64,000 nt of DNA from contig JAFVHO010000058.1 in NCBI GenBank assembly GCA_017474485.1, forward strand, positions 112 to 64,111. Direction: 5' to 3'. This DNA comes from Prevotella sp. (GTDB lineage: Bacteria > Bacteroidota > Bacteroidia > Bacteroidales > Bacteroidaceae). The position numbers and the translations under genes are program-made. The notes under the pieces are model-generated. The model was not told where the DNA came from and searched no databases. It worked only from the letters and a program-made list of their open reading frames with translations. Shown piece after piece: positions 1 through 8,431 of the stretch (the first letter of the stretch is position 1; every line of letters begins with the position of its first letter).

Positions 1-402
1 TCCTCCGATGGCATAGAGCAGCAGGATGTCACCACTCCAGATGAACATCAGGTGGCATGCGCCGATGGCTATCAGTATCACCATCCGTCGCACAAACAGC
101 GATACGGAGTGACGGCTCAGTATCAGCGCGAACCCCACGCCGAAGAGCAGTGAGAAGATGGTGTAGAACTTACCGTCCACCAGCATATATTGCAGGAACC
201 TTACTATCCTGTCAACACCTGCTGTCGGCATGGCTGATTGCTCGTCTGCCGACAGGAACGTCCATAGCGCGAACTCAGGGAAATTGGCCAAGGCTATACC
301 CAGTAGTGCCAGTCCACGTAGTGCATCGAGTACGACGTACCTCTCTTTTGCGGTGGTGGGTCTTGCAACAACCAGTCTTGGATATTTATACGTGTAGGCC
401 AT
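1..402 (-). CDS. DUF418/YeiB-family membrane protein, 5' part (runs off the window start)
   Basis: Manual translation from ATG at 402: MAYTYKYPRLVVARPTTAKERYVVLDALRGLALLGIALANFPEF...DGKFYTIFSLLFGVGF...RRMVILIAIGACHLMFIWSGDILLLYAIGG. The LDALRG, GKFY..FS.LFG and W.GDIL motifs are typical of DUF418. Not in the ORF track. Confidence 0.85.
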   Translation of the reverse strand, partial: MAYTYKYPRLVVARPTTAKERYVVLDALRGLALLGIALANFPEFALWTFLSADEQSAMPTAGVDRIVRFLQYMLVDGKFYTIFSLLFGVGFALILSRHSVSLFVRRMVILIAIGACHLMFIWSGDILLLYAIGG

Positions 403-411
403 ATCTGTTAT

Positions 412-912
412 TTATTTGTCACTTATTGTCACCAATTCCCCATCGAAACTGATAGGGTCACGATTCTGCGAACTGACGTGGATGTATGCCTTGCCAGAGT
501 CGTATAACTCAACAGCATAAAAGTATCGGTCCTCACTCGTTCGCAAGTCAATCTCCAGTCGCGACAGATCCACTTTGGGATGACTTTCCTTAATAGATAT
601 AGCCCGCGTGTCGAAGTTCAGCCCGATGCCAGGTGACATCATAGGCGCCTGATGAGCCACTCCCAGATACGGCAAATAGCTGCGAACCGAGTCGCCATGC
701 ACCTCCAGGAAGAAGTCCGCGCCGACATTCCTGTTCCCATACCGCATCGCATTCATCGATAAGATTTCGATACGCATATCCCTTTTTGACACAGCCTCCC
801 TCACCGTTTTCCGCATCAGTTCCTTACGCTCTACCCTCTCCTGTTGTGTTGCACAACTCAAAATAGCGATTATAGCAACTGCGAATACAAATAAGTTTTT
901 TTCATACCACAT
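412..912 (-). CDS. DUF4251-like lipoprotein
   Basis: ORF 412..954. The start is moved to ATG 912 because a TATCTTTG -7 promoter lies at 928-935. Lipobox ILSC; SYLPYLG..H motif. Confidence 0.7.
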   Translation of the reverse strand: MWYEKNLFVFAVAIIAILSCATQQERVERKELMRKTVREAVSKRDMRIEILSMNAMRYGNRNVGADFFLEVHGDSVRSYLPYLGVAHQAPMMSPGIGLNFDTRAISIKESHPKVDLSRLEIDLRTSEDRYFYAVELYDSGKAYIHVSSQNRDPISFDGELVTISDK

Positions 913-937
913 AATCGATAATTTTTGCAAAGATACA

Positions 938-971
938 AAAAAAATCCCACTCATGATGACATGAATGGGAA
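938..971 (-). terminator. Intrinsic terminator downstream of the peptidase fragment
   Basis: On the - strand, TCCCATTCATG..CATGAGTGGGA hairpin followed by a T run. Confidence 0.6.
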
Positions 972-996
972 GAAATTTTGAGTTTTTAGGAAACTG

Positions 997-1152
997 TTAC
1001 GTCTGAATCAGCCTTATCTTACGACGATTACCTGATGGCCTTACTGCGAAGTGAAGCCAGTAGGTGCCGCGAGGCGAACGCTCTAACAGAAGTTCGTCGA
1101 AAACCTCGTTGTACAGGTCGCTGATGTCCAGCAGGATGACAGCGTAGCGGCC
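997..1152 (-). pseudogene. C-terminal fragment of a peptidase M15-like (D-Ala-D-Ala carboxypeptidase family) gene
   Basis: Translates GRYAVILLDISDLYNEVFDELLLERSPRGTYWLHFAVRPSGNRRKIRLIQT*. There is an in-frame TGA just upstream and no start codon. FDEL..E...W.H resembles the M15 C-terminus. Confidence 0.55.
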
Positions 1153-1264
1153 TCATGCATGGCATGGGCCGATTCCGATGTAAGACGGAAGAAGTAAGAT
1201 GTAAGAGAGGGACTGACAGACTTTGATGAGCGCTGTCAGCCCTTCTTTGTCTTCCTTCATGCGA

Positions 1265-1411
1265 TTAATCGTTTATATAGGATTTCGTGGTCATGTCATA
1301 ATACAGTGCCTCCAACTCAGCCAAAGTCAGTTTCTCAACAGAGTGCTCGATGATACGTATCAGCTCATCGCGCCGATAATCATCTGACTGGTATTTATTC
1401 ATGTAAGCCAT
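1265..1411 (-). CDS. Small hypothetical protein (48 aa)
   Basis: MAYMNKYQSDDYRRDELIRIIEHSVEKLTLAELEALYYDMTTKSYIND*. Starts 4 bp after the GNAT stop and is followed by a hairpin at about 1205-1245. Confidence 0.65.
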   Translation of the reverse strand: MAYMNKYQSDDYRRDELIRIIEHSVEKLTLAELEALYYDMTTKSYIND

Positions 1412-1415
1412 ATCG

Positions 1416-1943
1416 TTATTTTTTATCCCACGTCCAGTATTTCCTTAACTCTCCAACTATCTCATCCCAATTCTGCATTGTAAACGTTCCGGATCCAGTC
1501 ATCATAATGGTCATTTCCAAGTCATCCCAACAGCGATAGACGTTGGTGTCACGGAACCCGTTACGGAGATAGAACGCATGGCGACGCAGCCTTTGCTCCT
1601 TGTTGTCACACTCCTGACGAGGTGACTCCATATCCAGGACACATGATTGCCCCTGATATTTATCTGTCAGTTGGTTGAGGATCTTCTGCCCAAATCCTTT
1701 TCCACGCAGTTCTTCCTTAACAGCAAAGTACCAGAACCAGTTGTACGAGGGTCTGGGATAGACAATAGTGAAACCTATGAATTTTTCATAATCATAATAA
1801 GCCGTAAAGTCAAGATGCATCTCGCCAATCAACCGTACCAAGTCATCCCAGGGAATCTGTTCTTCCTTGGGGAATGCCGTTTCGTAGAGCTGTCTCAATT
1901 GCCCGTCGTTGGCGTTCTCTGTAGTTATCTGTTTCTGAATCAA
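1416..1943 (-). CDS. GNAT family N-acetyltransferase
   Basis: FAVKEELRGKGFG acetyl-CoA motif A; FYLRNGF. Confidence 0.85.
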   Translation of the reverse strand: MIQKQITTENANDGQLRQLYETAFPKEEQIPWDDLVRLIGEMHLDFTAYYDYEKFIGFTIVYPRPSYNWFWYFAVKEELRGKGFGQKILNQLTDKYQGQSCVLDMESPRQECDNKEQRLRRHAFYLRNGFRDTNVYRCWDDLEMTIMMTGSGTFTMQNWDEIVGELRKYWTWDKK

Positions 1944-2033
1944 ATCCTAATAATTCTCAAATCTTGGCACAAAGGTAGCAAATTTTCATAGATTTTTCGT
2001 ATCTTTACACCCAGATTTAATATGTTTTGTGAT

Positions 2034-2201
2034 ATGATAGACCAGATTATTGAATACAACATTATGAGTCCCCTGCTGGGGGACGGCTATAAAGCAGGGG
2101 GAATTGGGGAAATCAAGACCCATCCGCTGGTGCCGAAGGATATAGTGGTTCGCGGGTTTATCATTGATTCAGAGACGGGCGAATTGGAAGAGATTGTATG
2201 A
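2034..2201 (+). pseudogene. Internally deleted beta-carbonic anhydrase remnant (55 aa ORF)
   Basis: MIDQIIEYN...KTHPLVPKDIVVRGFIIDSETGELEEIV*. The termini resemble a beta-CA, but the CxDxR and HxxC zinc motifs are absent. Confidence 0.6.
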
Positions 2202-2656
2202 CCATTGAGCCGATACTGCATAAGAAAACATTCCAGGAACTGACCACGGATGAGTTATACGAACTCCTTAGAGTGCGTAGTGAGGTATTCGTGGTTGAGC
2301 AGAACTGCGTCTATCAGGACATGGACGGGGATGACCAGAAGTCCATCCACTTATGGCTGAACGTAGCAGATAAGATCGTTGCCTTGGCTCGTGTATGCCC
2401 TGCCGGCACTCACATGAAGGAAATTTCGATAGGCAGAGTTATCACCACAGAACGAGGTAAAGGGTATGGCAAGCAGATTATGCTTCATGCCATTGATGCT
2501 GCCATAGAGCATTTCGGCGCAACACTTATAGATATTGAGGCACAGGAGTATGCCAAAGGATTCTATGAAAGCGTAGGATTCAAGCAGTCATCCGACATCT
2601 TCACGCTCGATGGCATTCCTCACATAAAAATGACTTGGACGAAAGATGACGATTGA
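2198..2656 (+). CDS. elaA: ElaA-family GNAT acetyltransferase
   Basis: LRVRSEVFVVEQNC.YQD.DG.D, IGRV, FYESVGF, DGIPHI.M. Confidence 0.85.
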   Translation: MTIEPILHKKTFQELTTDELYELLRVRSEVFVVEQNCVYQDMDGDDQKSIHLWLNVADKIVALARVCPAGTHMKEISIGRVITTERGKGYGKQIMLHAIDAAIEHFGATLIDIEAQEYAKGFYESVGFKQSSDIFTLDGIPHIKMTWTKDDD

Positions 2657-3134
2657 TACGACAAACATGTGTTCGCACCTGCAACGCAAGCTATTCGAAA
2701 AGGATGGCATATATCATTCTCTATGGATAGCCATGCAGGATGACCCAGAACTGACAGCAGTAGTCCGCTCTCGTCAGCTACATATCTATCGCAATGACAA
2801 AAAGGTGCTAGTGCTGGCAGGCAAGTCTGCACCAAAGATCATCAGAGAAGACTCGATTTGTGAACTTTTACAAATTGAGCGAATCAAGTGGATGGAGCAA
2901 CGCTTCAATAATGCCTTAGCTGCCATCAAAGATGAGTCTGCAGCTTCGTTGAAGGCTATCAAAGAAGATGTTGCCGAACTCAGTAAATACTATGGCAGTG
3001 AGTTGTGGAAACTGGACTTTGCTGCTGATGAAGCAGAGAATATTCCCCCAGACCTCAAACGCGGAGTACTATCAGAAGATGGTATTTGGAATCTGCTCTC
3101 TGACTATCGTGATATTCAAAAGAAGAAGCAATGA
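2646..3134 (+). CDS. Hypothetical N-terminal domain fused to a DUF4298-like domain
   Basis: C-half L.KYYGSELWKLDFAADE...KRGVLSEDGIWNLL is typical of DUF4298. Confidence 0.65.
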   Translation: MTIDTTNMCSHLQRKLFEKDGIYHSLWIAMQDDPELTAVVRSRQLHIYRNDKKVLVLAGKSAPKIIREDSICELLQIERIKWMEQRFNNALAAIKDESAASLKAIKEDVAELSKYYGSELWKLDFAADEAENIPPDLKRGVLSEDGIWNLLSDYRDIQKKKQ

Positions 3135-3787
3135 GCATAAAACTGATCATATTCGACTTTGACGGGACGCTTGGCGACACCAGACGGAACATCGTCACGA
3201 CGATGCAAATGACCATCAAGAAGATGCAACTGCCAAGTCGCACTGAGGCAGAGTGTGCATCCACTATAGGCTTGCCGTTGGCTGGATGCTTCAAGACACT
3301 GTTCCCTGATATTCAGGATGAACTCATTCCCCGCTGTGCTGAAACCTATCGCAGAATCTTCAATGAGAATCTTCAGAAGATTACGCCTGAGGCCTTTCCA
3401 GGTGTTGTCAAAACCTTGAAAACTCTGAAAGAACAAGGTTTCGTACTCACTATCGCTTCGTCCCGTTCGCGCAATTCACTGATAGAACTAACTCACAATA
3501 TGGGTATAGCCGATTACATCTCTTATTTAATTGGAGCTGATGACGTGAAGGAGGCGAAGCCAAAACCGGAACCTGTACTGAAGACACTCGCTGCGATGCA
3601 CTCTAATGCCAACGAAACTCTCGTTGTCGGAGATATGGCCGTTGACATACTGATGGGAGCCAATGCTGGAGCTAAGACTTGTGGCGTGACTTGGGGCAAC
3701 GGGAGCAGAGAGGAACTCAACGAGGCAGGTGCTGACTATATTATTGACAGAATGGAGGATCTTTTAGGAGTAAAAGAATCATGGTGA
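3131..3787 (+). CDS. HAD-superfamily phosphatase (phosphoglycolate phosphatase-like)
   Basis: DFDGTL motif I, KPKPEP, VGDMAVDI motif IV. Confidence 0.9.
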   Translation: MSIKLIIFDFDGTLGDTRRNIVTTMQMTIKKMQLPSRTEAECASTIGLPLAGCFKTLFPDIQDELIPRCAETYRRIFNENLQKITPEAFPGVVKTLKTLKEQGFVLTIASSRSRNSLIELTHNMGIADYISYLIGADDVKEAKPKPEPVLKTLAAMHSNANETLVVGDMAVDILMGANAGAKTCGVTWGNGSREELNEAGADYIIDRMEDLLGVKESW

Positions 3788-3897
3788 GCAAGAATGATCC
3801 GATGGGCATGGAAAAGCCGCCATACGATAGTTGCAGAAGCCGGGCAGGAATATCTTGATTATAAGAAACGAGTTGGGAGGTATTTCCCCAAATAATC

Positions 3898-3936
3898 AAA
3901 GCTCCGACCTGCAGTTTGCAAGCCGGAGCATCTTTT
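3898..3936. terminator. Probable bidirectional terminator between convergent genes
   Basis: GCTCCG...CGGAGC stem with A-rich and T-rich flanks. Confidence 0.5.
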
Positions 3937-3954
3937 GGAATTATATGGAATGGC

Positions 3955-4368
3955 TTACGCCACGAAGTGCTTGATGTTGCGGGCTGAAGTCTTATTGGCA
4001 TCATAGCGGACTGTCAACTCACGGGTGCGGGGATTCCAGTTGGTGTCCATCACGCCCTTCATATTTTCGACCTTGGCCACAACTTTCTTGTAAGAGTCGT
4101 GACGACTCACCTTAATGGTGGTGGTCTTCACGTCAGGACGATAAGCGTTCTTCTTGTGAACATCGTTATGAGAGAGTGCTTTGTCTACCTTGTCAAAGTG
4201 GGACTCAGACTTGTGGTTATTCACTACAACGACATCATGCTTCTTGTCGTTATTCTTCTTGTTACCTGCCATTGCCGGCATTGCTGTTGTGATTGCCATT
4301 AACATCATGGCTGCAATCACCTTATTCAGCCAATTAGTGCTCACTATTGTCTTCTTCATAATCTTCAT
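3955..4368 (-). CDS. Secreted protein with C-terminal HMA-like (ferredoxin-fold) domain
   Basis: Signal peptide ending AMPAMA. The C-terminus KVENMKGVMDTNWNPRTRELTVRYDANKTS matches the HMA pattern but has no CxxC. Confidence 0.55.
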   Translation of the reverse strand: MKIMKKTIVSTNWLNKVIAAMMLMAITTAMPAMAGNKKNNDKKHDVVVVNNHKSESHFDKVDKALSHNDVHKKNAYRPDVKTTTIKVSRHDSYKKVVAKVENMKGVMDTNWNPRTRELTVRYDANKTSARNIKHFVA

Positions 4369-4575
4369 TTTTTTATAAGTTAAACTTCTGTTTCGTGAGA
4401 GGCTTTACTAACCTTTTCACGATGCAAAGATCAGAAGTTTTTACGAAATATAAAAATGAAAATTCCTACAATGAAGGGGCAAAATTCCTAAAACTACGTA
4501 GGGAATTCCCCTAAACTAACAAGTTTTTCAGTGCGGCCATCGAGGTCTCATAAAGTGGTTCCACCTCAAAACAGC

Positions 4576-4612
4576 AAGAGAGGGTGTGTCAAAAATAGGC
4601 ACACCCTCTCTT
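4576..4612. repeat. Dispersed REP-like hairpin GAGGGTGTGTC-N6/7-GGCACACCCTC, copy 1 (terminator of the Rsb-like operon)
   Basis: Near-identical copies at 28619-28648 and 56733-56760. Confidence 0.8.
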
Positions 4613-4637
4613 TTTGTTACACTATTTGTGAATCAAA

Positions 4638-5564
4638 TCAGATAGGGAGTTCGAGCACAAAACGGGAACCTGGGCCTGCATACTCGCCATCGAGCGTGAG
4701 TTCACCTCCCAGACGGCGGGCAAGGTTGCGAGCTACAGTGAGTCCGATACCTTCGCCATCGAAGTACTGATTGAGCTTGACGTATGGTTCGAAGACGCGT
4801 TCCGCATCAGCAGCTTCAATACCTGAACCTGTGTCCTCGACGGTGTAGATGGCCTGCATCTTCTCCATATCGACATTGACCATGAGTTTGACACCACCAT
4901 CGGTGGTGAACTTCAGGGCATTATCCAACAGGTGTGTCAGGACACGAACAGCCTTGCTGAGGTTGGTAGAAAGCATGGTGACGGCAGCATCGGGGGCAAC
5001 AATGCTCTCGAATTTCAAGTATTGGGCCTTGTCAATGCCAGAAAGGCGGATGGCCTCATCAGAGATTTGGGTCACCATGACGTTGTCAGTACGGCTGATT
5101 GGTGGCAGATCAGCAGGAACGTCATCAAGGTCGACAACCTTAGCCAACATGCCTTGCAACTTAATATCACCTGTAGCACGAAGGGCTGACTGAAGGTGCT
5201 GAATAAGAGGATTCATGATTTCAGCTTTCTTCTGGGTCTGCTCCTTCAATTGGTTCAACTCGACGTAAAGGGCATTGCAGCGCTTTTCGAGGGCTTCGTT
5301 AGCCTGGCGCGACTTTTCCTTCTCCTCTTCCATCTTGTCGAAGGCCAGCAGTGCCTGCTCGTAGCCCTCGCCAACATTATCGAAGTTCTTCTCAAGTGCA
5401 CGGTAGTCTTCGAGCAACTTCTGCTGCTCGTCGACACGGCGCTGATAGTCAGCAAGCAGTTGCTTCTGTTCGTCAGCCTGCTTACGACTGGACTTCAGTT
5501 CGAAATAGTATGCTATGCCAAGCACAATGGCAACGGCAAGCGCAATTAGAAAAGCGTATAGCAT
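4638..5564 (-). CDS. Membrane-anchored coiled-coil HATPase_c protein (atypical histidine kinase)
   Basis: N-terminal TM, long coiled coil, N box LLDNALKFT, G1 DTGSGI, G2 GEGIGL; no canonical H-box. Confidence 0.8.
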   Translation of the reverse strand: MLYAFLIALAVAIVLGIAYYFELKSSRKQADEQKQLLADYQRRVDEQQKLLEDYRALEKNFDNVGEGYEQALLAFDKMEEEKEKSRQANEALEKRCNALYVELNQLKEQTQKKAEIMNPLIQHLQSALRATGDIKLQGMLAKVVDLDDVPADLPPISRTDNVMVTQISDEAIRLSGIDKAQYLKFESIVAPDAAVTMLSTNLSKAVRVLTHLLDNALKFTTDGGVKLMVNVDMEKMQAIYTVEDTGSGIEAADAERVFEPYVKLNQYFDGEGIGLTVARNLARRLGGELTLDGEYAGPGSRFVLELPI

Positions 5565-5592
5565 ATTATATTTACGAATTAGGAGTTACGAA

Positions 5593-5904
5593 TTATTCGG
5601 CCTTCTTTTCAACCTTCATAAACTTGGTGAAGCCTGTCATGGCCAGCACCTTGTAGATTTCAGCGTTCACATTGGTCATCTTAAACTGTCCACGCTGCTG
5701 CATCACAGTACGCATGGTTTTCTGAATGACGCGCAAACCGCTTGATGCCATGTAATTCAACTCTGAGCAGTCCATCTCCAAATCCACACCGCCATCGGCC
5801 AATGCGGGCTGAATTTCCTTTTCAAACTCCGGAGCGTTCATCGTGTCAATACGCTGTCCAGTCTTAATGATGGTCTTACCATTCTCTTTGATAATCTGTG
5901 TCAT
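5593..5904 (-). CDS. STAS-domain anti-anti-sigma factor (RsbV/SpoIIAA-like)
   Basis: 103 aa; DCSELNYMASSGLRV with the phosphorylatable Ser motif. Confidence 0.88.
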   Translation of the reverse strand: MTQIIKENGKTIIKTGQRIDTMNAPEFEKEIQPALADGGVDLEMDCSELNYMASSGLRVIQKTMRTVMQQRGQFKMTNVNAEIYKVLAMTGFTKFMKVEKKAE

Positions 5905-5942
5905 AATGCTTAATATTTTAAATTGTTGTTACTATTTTATTA

Positions 5943-6353
5943 TTATTTAATTTCTTTAGTCATTGTCAATAGGTTCTTTCCTTCCAAACGCTGATAGGTC
6001 ACCTCGTTCATGATGTTCTTGACGATGTATATGCCCATACCGCCAATGTCACGCTCCATGGGGTTGATATCGGGATTAGCGTCTTCTTTAGCAGTAGGAT
6101 CGAATTCCTTGCCTCGATCAGTGAGCACGAAGGTAAGCTCCTTACCGTGACTCTCGGCCACGAGTTCTATTTCAGCACTCTTACCTTCGGGATACGCATA
6201 GAAGATGACGTTGGACACCATCTCCTCCAGTACCAGATTCAAATTCATCTGGAGCTCCATGTCAAGTTCCAGTTCTGCAGCAATCTCTTCCAGAAACTGG
6301 TTGACGCGTTCAAGCTCGCCAATCTGGTTCTTAATCGTAATTTCCTTTCTCAT
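5943..6353 (-). CDS. Anti-sigma factor Ser/Thr kinase (RsbW-like, HATPase_c_2)
   Basis: LEEMVSNVIFYAY, DRGKEFDP, GGMGIYIV. Confidence 0.88.
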   Translation of the reverse strand: MRKEITIKNQIGELERVNQFLEEIAAELELDMELQMNLNLVLEEMVSNVIFYAYPEGKSAEIELVAESHGKELTFVLTDRGKEFDPTAKEDANPDINPMERDIGGMGIYIVKNIMNEVTYQRLEGKNLLTMTKEIK

Positions 6354-6365
6354 AAGCTTATAGTT

Positions 6366-8411
6366 TTATTGGTTGTCTTGATTACTCATTACTTTAACGC
6401 ATAGCATGGTAAGGTCGTCGTTAGGCTCAGCACCATCACGATGTTTCTCTACCTCAGCACGCAGCATCTCGATGGTCTGCTGTGAACTTTCGAAGGGCAC
6501 ATTGGCCAGTATGTCGAGCAGGCGTTCGTCGGTGAACTGCTCCTGCTGACGGTTCTCAGCCTCATTGAGTCCGTCAGTATAGACGAACAGCGGACGATCC
6601 ATGATATTGTCTATCTCTTCGCCCTCGTACTCGAATCCAGGCCAAAGTCCGATGGGGCAGTTGGGAATCATTTCAATGAAGTCGGCACTACCCTCGCCTA
6701 CCAGTACGGGCGGGTTATGACCTGCATTACAGAAATCAAGGTGACCAGTATGCAGATCGACAAGTCCGAGGAACATGGTGACGAACATACCCGTCTCATT
6801 ATCCTCGCCCGACAGAGCATCGTTGATACGCGTGGCAATCTCATCGGGCTTCATACCCTGAGCAGCCAACGTGCGGAACAAGCGCGTAGCCTGTGCCATA
6901 AACAGAGAGGCAGGCACGCCCTTACCCGATACATCACCCAAGGCAAAGTAGAGTTTGTCAGCCTCCTCTTCAGGTTTATCGGCAGGCATCAGCAGGTAAC
7001 CGTAAAGGTCGCCACCAACCTCCTTGGCAGGCGTCATCGACGCAAAGAGATCAAGGTCTGGACGTTCAGGGAATCGACTGGGCACCATACCCATCTGGAT
7101 GTTTCGTGCAATTCGCAGGTCGCTCTCGATACGTTCTTTGGCTGTCGTAGTTTCTTCCAACTGGTCGTAAGCTGTCAACAGTTCTTCGTGGGTAGCCTGC
7201 AGCTGGTCGTGAGCCTTCTTCAGACGGCGTGCTGCAATGACGCGGAACGTAATAAAGATGACCAAAGCAAGCAGGATAATACCAATGATATAGAGCGTGT
7301 TACGGAACTGCGTACGTTCCTGTTCCATCTTCAACTCGTCAACATGGAACATAGTGTTCAACTCGTTCAGCTGGTTCCTGGTATTTGCACCGCTAATAGA
7401 GTCTTTCAATAGGTACATCTCCCTATACAAATTCGACGACTCCTCAAAACGGTGCAAACGGCTCAGAATCTCTGCACGCTGTGAAGCGACAACCAGATAG
7501 ATGCCTTTATCCTCGCCAGGCATAATCATACATAGACGACGAGTGTTCAGTTCCAAAGCCTCAGCAAATCGATTCTGCTTGAGTCGCAAATTAGCCAAAG
7601 TCAAGAGCCATTCCATTCCCTCATAGCTTTTCTCATTGCCAAAGAGTTCCTTGGCGTGAGCTAAGATCTGCTCGGCATCATCAAGCCGGTTCTGTCCGAT
7701 AGCAGCCTGTGCACAGGCAATATCGTAATAGAACCAGAGCAGGTTCTGGTGTTCAGCATCAAGTTTGGGATTCTCGTCAATAAAACGGTTGAGAAAGTCC
7801 TTCCATTGGATGCTGAGTTCTTGCAGTTTGTCATATTTATGCTGTTCATTGAGCACATCGCCCAAATACGAAAACACCTCGCTGGTATAGATAGGCATCG
7901 GTGTCAGCTGTAGCAGCTGCTGTAAGCCCTTCTCGTAGGCTTTGGCACTCTCATCAAGGTTGTTCATGTTCAAGTAGACATTACCCATCGTATAATAGGC
8001 AATACCCATGCCGTAGGTCTCCTGACGATCCATTGCATCGGCAAACATCTGCTGCACCTCACGAAGTGCCTGATTTTTACTGTTGCTGTAATAGATGAGG
8101 GAATTAATATAGAATGTCCACACCTCATAGTAGTTGTTCCACTGACCAATATGGCGCAACTCCTCCATATCCTGGTCGAAATATTTATAAACAGTGTCTT
8201 TCCAACCTGAATTGTAATAGGTAGCCATACGCTGCATAATCAGCTGACCTAATTCTTCGTTGTTATGCTGACGACGAGCTACTGATATCTTCAGATTATA
8301 TTCGTGTATTAATTTCTTACTATACTCACGAGCTTCTTCATCGACAGCCCAGAGAGGCATTAGGATGCCACTCAAAATTAGAAATAAGGCTGTCAGTATT
8401 GGTCGTTGCAT
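6366..8411 (-). CDS. Membrane PP2C/SpoIIE phosphatase (RsbU-like) with periplasmic TPR-like sensor
   Basis: Signal peptide, helical repeats, one TM, coiled coil, then EVGGDLY, DVSGKG, NAGHN, YTDGL.EA and DDLT. Confidence 0.88.
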   Translation of the reverse strand: MQRPILTALFLILSGILMPLWAVDEEAREYSKKLIHEYNLKISVARRQHNNEELGQLIMQRMATYYNSGWKDTVYKYFDQDMEELRHIGQWNNYYEVWTFYINSLIYYSNSKNQALREVQQMFADAMDRQETYGMGIAYYTMGNVYLNMNNLDESAKAYEKGLQQLLQLTPMPIYTSEVFSYLGDVLNEQHKYDKLQELSIQWKDFLNRFIDENPKLDAEHQNLLWFYYDIACAQAAIGQNRLDDAEQILAHAKELFGNEKSYEGMEWLLTLANLRLKQNRFAEALELNTRRLCMIMPGEDKGIYLVVASQRAEILSRLHRFEESSNLYREMYLLKDSISGANTRNQLNELNTMFHVDELKMEQERTQFRNTLYIIGIILLALVIFITFRVIAARRLKKAHDQLQATHEELLTAYDQLEETTTAKERIESDLRIARNIQMGMVPSRFPERPDLDLFASMTPAKEVGGDLYGYLLMPADKPEEEADKLYFALGDVSGKGVPASLFMAQATRLFRTLAAQGMKPDEIATRINDALSGEDNETGMFVTMFLGLVDLHTGHLDFCNAGHNPPVLVGEGSADFIEMIPNCPIGLWPGFEYEGEEIDNIMDRPLFVYTDGLNEAENRQQEQFTDERLLDILANVPFESSQQTIEMLRAEVEKHRDGAEPNDDLTMLCVKVMSNQDNQ

Positions 8412-8431
8412 AGCTATAAATATTTAGATTG

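Noticed and set aside
57-452. 131-aa + strand ORF
   Set aside because: It is antisense to the DUF418 gene, which has clear family motifs.
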